Below are positions 40,349 through 49,061 of a stretch of 64,000 bases of DNA, piece after piece. Source of the stretch: Candidatus Bathyarchaeota archaeon (GTDB taxonomy: Archaea; Thermoproteota; Bathyarchaeia; 40CM-2-53-6). The translations under genes and the position numbers were made by a program. The stretch lies in the NCBI GenBank assembly GCA_963733055.1, contig CAVTBR010000001.1, forward strand, positions 64,001-128,000, in the 5' to 3' direction. The first letter of the stretch is position 1. Every line of letters starts with the position of its first letter. Below the pieces are notes generated by a model. It was given only the letters and a program-made list of their open reading frames with translations. It made no database searches and had not been told where the DNA came from.

Positions 40349-40756
40349 TCATTCGTCAAGCATGTACAGATAGAGTTCTTCCTGCTTCTTCAATTTAGTT
40401 CGAACAACTTCGAGAAGGTCTTTCATGCGCACTGGTTTCAATAAGTAGGCGTCGGCGCCGTTGTTCACGGCTTCCACAGCATTCTGGAGAGTAGGGTAGC
40501 CTGTCAGAATTATTGTGCTCATCTCCGGCCTACCTTGCTTCATTCCCGTAAGGAGCTTCGTTCCTTCCATATCTGGAAGTCGAATGTCTAGTAGAGCTAA
40601 ATCGAAAACGGTCGTCTTTGACTTCTCGAAAGCCTCACTGCCGTCTTTTGCAGTGTCCACTAGATATCCTGCATCCTGCAGTCCCGTCGAAATGACCTCC
40701 AGGATGTTCTCATCATCGTCTACAATGAGAATTCGCTGAGTCCTTTTCCTAGTCAT
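40349..40756 (-). CDS. Single-domain response regulator
   Basis: ILIVDDD, LLDIRLPD, ILTG, YLLKP. Confidence 0.93.
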   Translation of the reverse strand: MTRKRTQRILIVDDDENILEVISTGLQDAGYLVDTAKDGSEAFEKSKTTVFDLALLDIRLPDMEGTKLLTGMKQGRPEMSTIILTGYPTLQNAVEAVNNGADAYLLKPVRMKDLLEVVRTKLKKQEELYLYMLDE

Positions 40757-43526
40757 CGATATCGGCCTCCTTTCGATTCGGGTTGATCGGAATCTTCAGC
40801 CTGATGCATGAACCTTCACCGACCTTGCTTTCTACTGAGATTGACCCCCCATGCGCTTCAATTATCCTTCTGCTAATCGCCAGTCCTAGTCCTATGCCCT
40901 TTGCCTTCGTCGTAAAGAGGGGGGTGAAGATCTTCTCGAGAACATCTTCCGTCATCCCAATTCCTGTGTCAGTAATCACAAATTCAACTTCGCTACCTAC
41001 GGGTTTGCTTGAGATCGTCACTTCCCCACCGCCAGGCATGGCTTGAATAGCGTTTTCGATAACATGCTGTAGGGCCCTTCGCATTTTTCCTCGGTCGATG
41101 TTCACGATGGGTCTCTCTTCGGTTCGGTCCGAGACTTTGATATTCGCGGGAACAACTAGATGCGCGATTGTCTCTCTGACAATTGCTTGAGGTGTCGATC
41201 TGGAGAGTTCCAATCGCAACTCTCTTGAGAAATCCAGCAAATCATTAATTATCTGATTCGAATAGTCAACGCCGTCCTTGATGATTGCTAGCATCTTGCT
41301 AGTTTGCGTATTCGATGGGTCCAACCTCGTTTCTAGGTTGTCTGTAGCACCAATTATGCTCTGTAACGGGTTACGTATGTCATGACCCAGCATAGCAGCC
41401 ATCTCCCCAATTGCAGCCATTCGCTCCACTTTCACAAGGCGATCATTAACCTCCTTTAGTTCTCTTACCTTCGAATCGACGAGCTCTTCCAAGTGCTCGG
41501 AGTGAAGTCGAAGTTGTTCCTCCAATCTTTTGCGTTCACCGATGTCGATGGCTATTCCGACAAGGCATGGCTTTCCTTCAAATTCAACTCGCAATGCTGT
41601 CACTATGTGGGGCAACCTCGTTCCATTCTTAGTGACGAAAGTGCCCTCGCTTGTCGCGCTTCCCTTTTCAAAAGCTTCTTGTGCTTTTTGTTGGATGAGT
41701 GCTTTGTCCTCTTCAGCCCAGAAGAATCCCCATTCGTTTACTCGTTTGATTTCATCCGCCGAATAGCCACTAAGACTTTCGAGGTTCTTGTTCCATCGCA
41801 AGAACTTGCCTGTAGCGTCCTTTAAATAAACTACTCCCGGAAGACTCTCCAAGAGTGATGCGGAGAAGTTCTTCTCCCTTCTGATGGCTTCCTCGCTCTT
41901 TCTGCGTTCGGTGATATCCCTGGTGACGAGCATAATGGCCCTATTACCTTCATGGTCGACCAGCCTGCCGCGAACTTCTAAGTCTCGAATCACCCCCTCC
42001 TTGCCTATGCTTTTGACTTCGAATGAAGCAGAACCTTCGTCCACTATCATTTTGATTCTTTCAGGAAACCTTGCTACGGTTTCCTGATCGGCTAATTGTT
42101 TGAGATTCATATGCAGTAGTTCCTCTCTACCGTGTCCCGTTCTCGTTTCCATAGCTGAGTTTGCATCAAGTATGTTCCCTTCAAGATCGGACACGATGAT
42201 AGTGTCAGGCTGGAGGTCGAAGAGTTCTCTGTATCTTCGTTCACTAGCCTGCAAAGAACTAAAGGACGCGTCCAGATGTTCAGCCATGTGGTTGAATGAA
42301 CTGGCTAATTCGCCCACCTCGTCACGGCGGTCGATCACGACCTTCTGAGTCCAATCGCCATTCGCCAATGCTTTCGCGGATTGATTCAGGCGTGAGAGTG
42401 GTTTTGTGACCCAGCGGGCCGTCATTGAGGTGACCATGACCGCGCATGCAAGTAAGGACACGACTACGATTAATCCAGTGTTGACATTGCTGGCGTTTAT
42501 TTGTGACATGTAGTCTGATTCAGGGGTGACGACCATGATCAACCAGTTCAGCCCATACTTGTCCTGATATGGAAGCACTTCCGCAAGTTGTTGTTCCCCT
42601 GCTGCGGAAAAATAGAACTGGTCGCTGCCCTTGATATTGGAAAGATTTCCGAATTGTTGTCTTAGATCCTGAACCGTCGCTCGAATAAGTGTGTTGTTGG
42701 AATCAAAGGCAGAGAACCGATTGTACGCACTTCCCGACGTTGTGTAAGGTTTGATTGATGATGACGCGACCAAGAGTCCAGAGGGTTCGACGATCATTAT
42801 CTGTTCGCGGTCTGTGGCATTCAAGGTCTGTAGGAAGTCGCTTATACTATTCAGCGTCAGTGAAGTGTCAAGGACCCCGGCCAGTTTTCCCTCCTTGTAA
42901 ACCGGGACAACTGCGTCAAGGCCAATGTCAGTAGAATTTGTCCAGATGTAAATTGGAGTCCACGTCTCGATGCCTGCTTGGACAGCGGCCTGATACCAAG
43001 GACGAGATCTTACATCATACCCTTGGGCAGATCCCCCAAGATATGCCAACCTATTCCCATGACTGTCAATCCCGTACACTTCCAATCGATGGTTAGTCCC
43101 ATTGTTGGAAATACCAAGTACGAGATTTTCACCGAGAACGTTACGAACAGGCCCGATGTAGTCATTTTGTTCGTTAGCAAAAGCGATCGATTTTACGGAA
43201 TCAAACCTTAACATTTGGGCCAAGAAGTGCTGCTGCAGCACGTTGAAGTCACTCACGTTCAATTGGCCGGAGTTAATCTCGTCCAGGTTCAGTTGATTGA
43301 TGACAAGGGCGGTACTCAGATAGCTATCCAAACGCTGCTCCGCACTGACCGTGACCTCTCTGTGAAGTTGGCTGGCCAGAACATTGACCGCTCCTTGACC
43401 GTTTAGATAACCAAGATAACCCGTCAGTCCCACAGTGGTTACGATAATAATCACGAAGGGGACCGTAAAGACCGTCTTGAGTGAAACCCATTTCTTCCTG
43501 CGCATCGGGCTTTTCATCATTCTCAC
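40749..43526 (-). CDS. Sensor histidine kinase (Cache-HAMP-PAS-PAS-HisKA-HATPase)
   Basis: 2 TM, 'RPWYQ', 'DEVGELASSFN', 'HDIRNPL', 'DTGIG', 'GIGLGL'. Confidence 0.93.
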   Translation of the reverse strand: MRMMKSPMRRKKWVSLKTVFTVPFVIIIVTTVGLTGYLGYLNGQGAVNVLASQLHREVTVSAEQRLDSYLSTALVINQLNLDEINSGQLNVSDFNVLQQHFLAQMLRFDSVKSIAFANEQNDYIGPVRNVLGENLVLGISNNGTNHRLEVYGIDSHGNRLAYLGGSAQGYDVRSRPWYQAAVQAGIETWTPIYIWTNSTDIGLDAVVPVYKEGKLAGVLDTSLTLNSISDFLQTLNATDREQIMIVEPSGLLVASSSIKPYTTSGSAYNRFSAFDSNNTLIRATVQDLRQQFGNLSNIKGSDQFYFSAAGEQQLAEVLPYQDKYGLNWLIMVVTPESDYMSQINASNVNTGLIVVVSLLACAVMVTSMTARWVTKPLSRLNQSAKALANGDWTQKVVIDRRDEVGELASSFNHMAEHLDASFSSLQASERRYRELFDLQPDTIIVSDLEGNILDANSAMETRTGHGREELLHMNLKQLADQETVARFPERIKMIVDEGSASFEVKSIGKEGVIRDLEVRGRLVDHEGNRAIMLVTRDITERRKSEEAIRREKNFSASLLESLPGVVYLKDATGKFLRWNKNLESLSGYSADEIKRVNEWGFFWAEEDKALIQQKAQEAFEKGSATSEGTFVTKNGTRLPHIVTALRVEFEGKPCLVGIAIDIGERKRLEEQLRLHSEHLEELVDSKVRELKEVNDRLVKVERMAAIGEMAAMLGHDIRNPLQSIIGATDNLETRLDPSNTQTSKMLAIIKDGVDYSNQIINDLLDFSRELRLELSRSTPQAIVRETIAHLVVPANIKVSDRTEERPIVNIDRGKMRRALQHVIENAIQAMPGGGEVTISSKPVGSEVEFVITDTGIGMTEDVLEKIFTPLFTTKAKGIGLGLAISRRIIEAHGGSISVESKVGEGSCIRLKIPINPNRKEADIDD

Positions 43527-43687
43527 GGTTCGAGGAGGAAGCTCAGTTGATCTCTATGTCCAACCGTGAATAAAGTGTGAGTTTACGAAGTTTACATCGT
43601 AAACGTTGTTCACAACGCAAACGTCCCACTTATTTCACAATCTACGCAACGGGAGATTATGAGAATGATTTGGTGAGATGAACTCGA

Positions 43688-44164
43688 TTGACTGAGGATT
43701 TCTCCTGGGATACGGATAAGGGTGAACTCCGGATCTTAGGCCAACGACACACGGCAATAGATGCCCAGAGCCTCTGCAATTTCCTTGATTCTCTGGTGGG
43801 GGTCCAAGTTGGAGAGGTAATAATGCATAACCTTGAATTTCGATTGGGCAAGTTGGATGGTGCCAAACTCAAAAGTGAAAGACCTGGTGCCACGCTAAGC
43901 GAGCACGTTGAACATCTGGCCAAATCAGACCGTCTATCTGGGATAGGGATAACAAATGTTTCTTTGTCTGAGAAGCCATCGGAATCGATACAAATCGAGA
44001 CCCTTAATCCAAGCGTTAAGGGTTCAGCCGGAGCGGCTAAGTCGTTTGTCTTCGCGTGGTGGGCTGGCGCGCTGACCTCGCTCGTCGGTAGGGAGCTTGA
44101 TGTAAACGGCGTTGAGTACTCTGAAAGTAAGAACTTGATCAAGTGCCGAATCGTACCAAGGTGA
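43688..44164 (+). CDS. V4R-like small protein
   Basis: 'WDTDKGELRILGQRH', 'SGIG', 'WWAGALTSLVG...VEY...C'. Confidence 0.55.
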   Translation: MTEDFSWDTDKGELRILGQRHTAIDAQSLCNFLDSLVGVQVGEVIMHNLEFRLGKLDGAKLKSERPGATLSEHVEHLAKSDRLSGIGITNVSLSEKPSESIQIETLNPSVKGSAGAAKSFVFAWWAGALTSLVGRELDVNGVEYSESKNLIKCRIVPR

Positions 44165-44553
44165 TTGTGAACATGAGTAACAAGACGCTCGCTGTCGTCA
44201 GTGCTGAGGAGATTTTCGCCATAGACAAGAACGTTAGGTGGGTGGGTTTAATCTCCGTTAGGGGAGACATCATACTCAATAAGATGCGCCCTAGCATCAA
44301 ATCATCTTCTCCGCCAGATTTTGATGCAGAATTTCTGAGACTCGGTCCATTGACTATGCTAGGCGTGGCGGAGAAGTACTCCCCATACTTGCTTGAACTG
44401 GAAGCGGTCGTAGTATGGTATGGCCTCATGGCCCTAGTCTATTCAAGGCTAGGCTCGCAAATTGTTGCCATCTCCGTAGAAAACCGCAAAGACACGCTTT
44501 CAATAGTCAGAAGCTGGCTAAAGAAAAGGAAAATAGAACTTAGAAAGAACTGA
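44143..44553 (+). CDS. Roadblock/profilin-like fold small protein (DUF6659-like)
   Basis: 'IFAIDKNVRWVGLISVRGDII', 'IVAISVE'. Confidence 0.5.
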   Translation: MPNRTKVIVNMSNKTLAVVSAEEIFAIDKNVRWVGLISVRGDIILNKMRPSIKSSSPPDFDAEFLRLGPLTMLGVAEKYSPYLLELEAVVVWYGLMALVYSRLGSQIVAISVENRKDTLSIVRSWLKKRKIELRKN

Positions 44554-44656
44554 ATCACAGACTCCAGTGTTTTCGGAGAGGCGTGCAACGACGGAGCGCT
44601 TACGCCATTGATAGTCGAAAGACTACTGGGCACTCAAACGAGACCGCGTGCGCTTG

Positions 44657-45022
44657 TCAGTTGTTCCTCCGAACAGGGTCAACTTCGATTATGACGCGTC
44701 CTCTTCCATGGAGATGATTTAGTAACCAAAATTGGAGGCCGTATTTCTTTCTAATTAGCCCAGTAGGTTGCATAGAGTCGCCAGGATTAAGGAACCGGGC
44801 TTTAGCTTCGACCCATTCACCCTTTGGCTTGCCGCTAGCTGATGAGGGGGTGACGCGAACCTCGGAACCATTTCGAATGCGTTTGGCTTTTCCAGAGTTA
44901 GTAAGAGTCCAGATGTACAACTTGGCGCTATCCTCAATGAACCAGACAGTTGTCTTGACTCCTTGCCCATTTCGCTTGAAAGTTTCGAGAGTGATGTATC
45001 GTTGCCCCTCGAATTGAGTCAA
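44657..45022 (-). CDS. PPOX-class F420-dependent oxidoreductase
   Basis: 'YITLETFKRNG...TTVWF', 'SGKAKRIRN', 'KKYG'; TTG start at 45022. Confidence 0.88.
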   Translation of the reverse strand: MTQFEGQRYITLETFKRNGQGVKTTVWFIEDSAKLYIWTLTNSGKAKRIRNGSEVRVTPSSASGKPKGEWVEAKARFLNPGDSMQPTGLIRKKYGLQFWLLNHLHGRGRVIIEVDPVRRNN

Positions 45023-45057
45023 GAAAACTCGAGCACTCCATGGAGGAATCGGTTGGG

Positions 45058-45270
45058 TCACTGTTGAGAAACTGTCTTTCGTCCCTTGACACCCGTCACG
45101 ACCAGTGCCGCACCAAGAATTACAGTAAGGCCGCCCGCTACGGCCCAGAATGTTGAGCCGGTCATAATGCTGCCCGGAAGAATTCCGATGCCTTGAAGGA
45201 ACCAAATTAGACCCATGAATAGGATAACTGCGCCGACCGGAATTGCGACTACTCTGAAGCGCATTGTCAA
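45058..45270 (-). CDS. Small 2-TM membrane protein
   Basis: 'GLIWFLQGIGILPGSIMTGSTFW'. Confidence 0.7.
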   Translation of the reverse strand: MTMRFRVVAIPVGAVILFMGLIWFLQGIGILPGSIMTGSTFWAVAGGLTVILGAALVVTGVKGRKTVSQQ

Positions 45271-45333
45271 TTCCTCAATTATTGTTGCCCACGATCATGC
45301 CCGTTCTACTCTCTGCCTCTTCCAAGTACCTAC

Positions 45334-45744
45334 TCACATACCGCGCAGCTTGGCCGGTGTGACACGGATCAGAGTGCTGTATGAGGCGGCCAAGGATTCA
45401 GGCGTGAGACCAATTTTAGGAATGTGCTCGCGGTACTTCTCGATATATCTTGAGTCGTGCTCTGGAGGCTTCTTGTCTATCGAGGCGTCACCCGTAAGAA
45501 CAATAAAATCAACACCTTCATCGTTTGCCTGAAAATTAACCGACACCTTCGGGCTGCGAGCGATATTCCCAACCTTGTGAGCCGCAGGCTGGCTGTAGAT
45601 GAGAAGCGACTTTCCGTCCCAATAAAACCAGACAGGATTAGGTTGCGGAGTTCCATCCGGCGACGTAGTAGTTAACCAGATGATGTAGTCTTCTTTAAGC
45701 CTCTTGGCGGCCTGAACCCCTAGCTCGGTGGTTAGGTCAATCAT
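45334..45744 (-). CDS. PPOX-class F420-dependent oxidoreductase (Rv3369-like)
   Basis: 'WLTTTSPDGTPQPNPVWF', 'KVGNIARSPKV'. Confidence 0.88.
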   Translation of the reverse strand: MIDLTTELGVQAAKRLKEDYIIWLTTTSPDGTPQPNPVWFYWDGKSLLIYSQPAAHKVGNIARSPKVSVNFQANDEGVDFIVLTGDASIDKKPPEHDSRYIEKYREHIPKIGLTPESLAASYSTLIRVTPAKLRGM

Positions 45745-45762
45745 CTTTCATCTTCCCGAGTT

Positions 45763-47205
45763 ATGGCCCTCCCGAGTAATAGTGCTTCTGGGAATAGCCA
45801 TCCAGATCTGCACGCCTGCGTTTGGCCTGATTCGCCGCCGATAGGCTTGCATAGAAAACAAAACAAGGCGGTCCATGCTACCTTGCCTGCTTGGCGTAGA
45901 GTATTGGAAGAGGAGTATGATGGTTTCAAGTTCAGGGTGCTCTTCAACAAGTATGGATACAGCCCCCATCATGCCGAGCATTTCGTTGAGAACGGATTCG
46001 AAAAACTGCTCATGGCGGATCCGCACATCCGCCGATCGGTTATCATCTACAACATAGACAAGAAAGAGATAGAGTGGGAATATCCGGTCAAGGGTGATGC
46101 GACCTCCGCCAACCCACATGTCGTAAGAATCTTGCCCCAAGACATACCTGAGATTGGCGCCTCACAAGGGAGCATAATGTTCGCGGATCGCAATAACGAA
46201 TGGAACTTCGTTCAAATAAGCTCGGGCAATGTACAGTGCAAAGTAACCATGCCCGAAGTGAAATGGGCTCATGATATTCTTCTATCGAAGAACGGGGATG
46301 GCTTCATTGTCACAGACTACTCAGCGCAGTTCCTCAGCAAGATAAACTTCAAGGGAAACATAATCTGGCGACACGGGGATTTCGGTCCAATGGCCAAACT
46401 ATCACTGATAGAAGGAAAGACACCGAGTGGCGTTCATTCAAACACTCTCGGGGGTGACTACCTGGCAGTGCGCAACTCAATACCTTACGGGGTTTTTGAG
46501 ATAAAGGATGAGGATGGAACAGTTGTGGAAAGCATACCTCGCGGCCGAGGAACCCTAAACAACTTCTGGTGTTACGCACCCCACTCCGCGTTCAGAAAAG
46601 GGATTGTTGAAGCCAACGGGCACTTGACCGTGGTGGGCTTTGAAGCAGGAGGCGGCATCGTGGGGCTGGATCAATGGCAAAGGCCCAGGTGGGGCGTGAT
46701 GAAAGGCTTCACAGACGTAGGTGGCCCAAGGTATATTCCGTCACGTTACGGCCTGACCGAGACGACCCATGTTTTCCCTACCCTATCCGGAGGCGTTGGA
46801 GCCATAGACTGGTCGGGCACTTACTCTTCGCGCGTAATTGAGATTCTAAAATGGCCAAGATCCAACCTGAGCTTCATGCTTGCTTGGGAATACGACCCAG
46901 GCGAAGGTTCCTTCCTCGATCCACCATTAGATGTCATGGAATACAATGAAATTTCCATCAGCCTAACGAATACGGGCGAGGCCGCGGTCACCGGAACGCT
47001 GTATGAAACCGCGTTGCCAATCATCTTCGCCAGTGATGTGAGAGGCAGTGGATGGACCCCCATATTGCCGTCACTGGACGTGGGGCCGGGAGAAACCAGG
47101 AGGATAGAAATGCCGACCAGAGGGCGCAGCTTCCTAAGACTGTTTCTGAAGCGATCTGACTTGCAAAAAGCCACTACCGTAAACGTTGTCGCGTCCTACC
47201 AATGA
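45763..47205 (+). CDS. Hypothetical protein, probable beta-propeller plus C-terminal beta-sandwich
   Basis: Blade-like units 'EIEWEY', 'NPH', 'WAHD', 'GNIIW', 'APHSA'. Confidence 0.6.
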   Translation: MALPSNSASGNSHPDLHACVWPDSPPIGLHRKQNKAVHATLPAWRRVLEEEYDGFKFRVLFNKYGYSPHHAEHFVENGFEKLLMADPHIRRSVIIYNIDKKEIEWEYPVKGDATSANPHVVRILPQDIPEIGASQGSIMFADRNNEWNFVQISSGNVQCKVTMPEVKWAHDILLSKNGDGFIVTDYSAQFLSKINFKGNIIWRHGDFGPMAKLSLIEGKTPSGVHSNTLGGDYLAVRNSIPYGVFEIKDEDGTVVESIPRGRGTLNNFWCYAPHSAFRKGIVEANGHLTVVGFEAGGGIVGLDQWQRPRWGVMKGFTDVGGPRYIPSRYGLTETTHVFPTLSGGVGAIDWSGTYSSRVIEILKWPRSNLSFMLAWEYDPGEGSFLDPPLDVMEYNEISISLTNTGEAAVTGTLYETALPIIFASDVRGSGWTPILPSLDVGPGETRRIEMPTRGRSFLRLFLKRSDLQKATTVNVVASYQ

Positions 47206-47329
47206 AGCAACCCCTGCTCTAAGCTTCCTAGAGCATGCTTCCCTAAGGCTAGGCTTTGGAGAATAGAGTCCCAGAACTGGGGCTATACGGAGGGAAAGGG
47301 TTGACCAAAGTCAATGGGTATTTTTAGAG

Positions 47330-47452
47330 TTAGAGTTCGAAGCCGCAGTCTGGGTTGGTGCATTTCCAAGTACCGCTTCCAACCGGAAGTAGGACACCCG
47401 ACTCACATTTCTTGCACTGCGGAAATCCACTTACGCTTATGTTCACTGCCAA
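47330..47452 (-). CDS. 40-aa zinc-ribbon microprotein (not in ORF track)
   Basis: SD GAGGTGA, TTG start; MAVNISVSGFPQCKKCESGVLLPVGSGTWKCTNPDCGFEL*. Confidence 0.75.
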   Translation of the reverse strand: MAVNISVSGFPQCKKCESGVLLPVGSGTWKCTNPDCGFEL

Positions 47453-47472
47453 TCAGCTCACCTCTGCAGCTC

Positions 47473-47724
47473 TTACTCATAGATCATCAAGCAGTTGCCC
47501 GCAAGGATTTCCCCGCGGAAACGAGCGGTGGATATAGGAATTAGCGGGTGGTTTGAAGGAGTTACCCTGCTCGGCCAATAGGGGTCATAAGTGAACTCAT
47601 GAGTCGGAAGAGGAATCACAATTGGAATTGGAGCTGGAGCCGGATACGCATACGGGACCGCTTCGGGGTAAGGGTTGTACATTGCTTCTTGGTAGGGGTT
47701 GTACATTTGTTGGCATTGACACAT
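47473..47724 (-). CDS. Pro/Tyr-rich small protein with tandem MYNPY repeat
   Basis: MCQCQQMYNPYQEAMYNPYPEAVPYAYPAPAP...; weak SD AGGCGA. Confidence 0.6.
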   Translation of the reverse strand: MCQCQQMYNPYQEAMYNPYPEAVPYAYPAPAPIPIVIPLPTHEFTYDPYWPSRVTPSNHPLIPISTARFRGEILAGNCLMIYE

Positions 47725-47894
47725 AATCTATCGCCTAACGTGAACTCTTTAGATAATGTGCAATTAAGCGTATGTGGTGGATCACGTCGCCATTTCGTTA
47801 CCTATGCTCAACAATGCGACAGTGGACGCTCGCATTTGCACATCTCGATACATCCAAGAACTACGCAATTACACTTCCTAGGTCAACAGGAAAC

Positions 47895-47925
47895 AAAGAA
47901 GGGTAGGGAGAGGGATCTCCTCTCT
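47895..47925 (-). terminator. Hairpin plus pyrimidine tract after the 39-aa peptide gene
   Basis: Minus strand GAGAGG-AGATC-CCTCTC followed by CCTACCCTTCTTT. Confidence 0.4.
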
Positions 47926-47958
47926 CAACGTCTCGCTTCACTTATCGGTTCAATACGC

Positions 47959-48078
47959 TTAGTATTCCCAGACGTAGTAGCCGTACCATGGGTAGTAGTA
48001 CGGGTAGGTAGGGGCGTAGTATGGAAACGCCGCATAGCCCGGATACCAGTCGGGAACTTTCATTTTCACAGTTTTCAT
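47959..48078 (-). CDS. 39-aa Tyr/Pro/Trp-rich peptide (not in ORF track)
   Basis: Strong SD GGAGGTGA; MKTVKMKVPDWYPGYAAFPYYAPTYPYYYPWYGYYVWEY*. Confidence 0.75.
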   Translation of the reverse strand: MKTVKMKVPDWYPGYAAFPYYAPTYPYYYPWYGYYVWEY

Positions 48079-48284
48079 CGCGGTATTTCACCTCCTCCAA
48101 TCTACACCTCAGTTTTCTCTCTGCACCTCAACGAGGCGTGCGGAGGTTGGTCCCCGAGCTCCGTTAACGGTTAGTAGAAGAAGTAGAACCCCGAACCCAC
48201 TAGTGCCGGAGGCACGTTCAAGTCAGGCACTCAGGGTCCAGATGAAATGGAGCAAGTTCATATGAGCTTCAAGAGATACTCAGC

Positions 48285-49035
48285 GTGACTATGCTAATTG
48301 TTCAGGTTTCTGACATTCACGTCGGCCCCGAATTTCAGGAAGAGATCTTTCAGAAAGGAGTTGAAGAAGTCAACGGTCTGAAGCCGGATGTGCTCTTGGT
48401 TACCGGTGATTTGACCGAGAACGGCCTCCTTTCGCAGTATCAGCGAGCGTCGGAATTGATGAAGGGTTTCACTTGTCGTTCTAAGATTTACACCAGCGGG
48501 AACCACGATTACCGGAATACGGGATACTTGCTGTTCAAGCACTTCTTTCCATCCAAGCCAGTGGCCCGGAAGAAGGGAGTGACGATCACGGTGGTGAGCA
48601 CGGCTCGGCCCGAGCGAAATGATGGAGAGGCGGGATACCGACAGATCGTCTGGCTTGAGAAAGCCCTTGCACATGAGAAGGGTCTCAAGCTGATAATGAT
48701 GCACCACCACCTAGTTCCCGTGCCGGATACGGGACCGAATACCATTCCGATCCTAGATGCAGGAGACGTTCTTCGAGCTCTGGGCCGATCGAAACCAGAC
48801 CTAATTGTGTGCGGGCACCGTCACAGACCCTGGAAGTGGACCATAAACCACATCCCAATAGTTCACGCCGGAAGCTTCTCATCAGAACGCTTGCGCAGGC
48901 TTCTTCTCCAACTCCTACAACGTAGTCAAGGCGGGCGATGGAAAATTCGATGCTTGGCTAAAGATAATCGACGGCCCACGTCTTGAATTCGACAAAATTA
49001 CGAAGGGAGAATCGGGTCTTTCAAACCTTCCCTGA
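48285..49035 (+). CDS. Calcineurin-like metallophosphoesterase; +1 frameshift near 48896
   Basis: SDIH, TGD, GNHD, HHH, GHRH; C-terminus GFFSNSYNVV... lies in the next frame. Confidence 0.88.
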
Positions 49036-49061
49036 TCCTCCTCAAACGGGAGTAGATCAAC

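Noticed and set aside
30166-47868. Shared CTACGCAA 8-mer in three intergenic regions (30166, 43642, 47861) as a regulon motif
   Set aside because: Also occurs inside coding regions (e.g. reverse complement near 4979, 6246, 51442); not distinguishable from chance
47599-48174. 191-aa plus-strand ORF
   Set aside because: Antisense to the Tyr/Pro-rich genes, which have SDs and coherent composition; spans their intergenic region
33592-48280. CRISPR array, integrase, transposase or provirus in the accessory region
   Set aside because: No regularly spaced repeats, cas, recombinase or virion genes recognised
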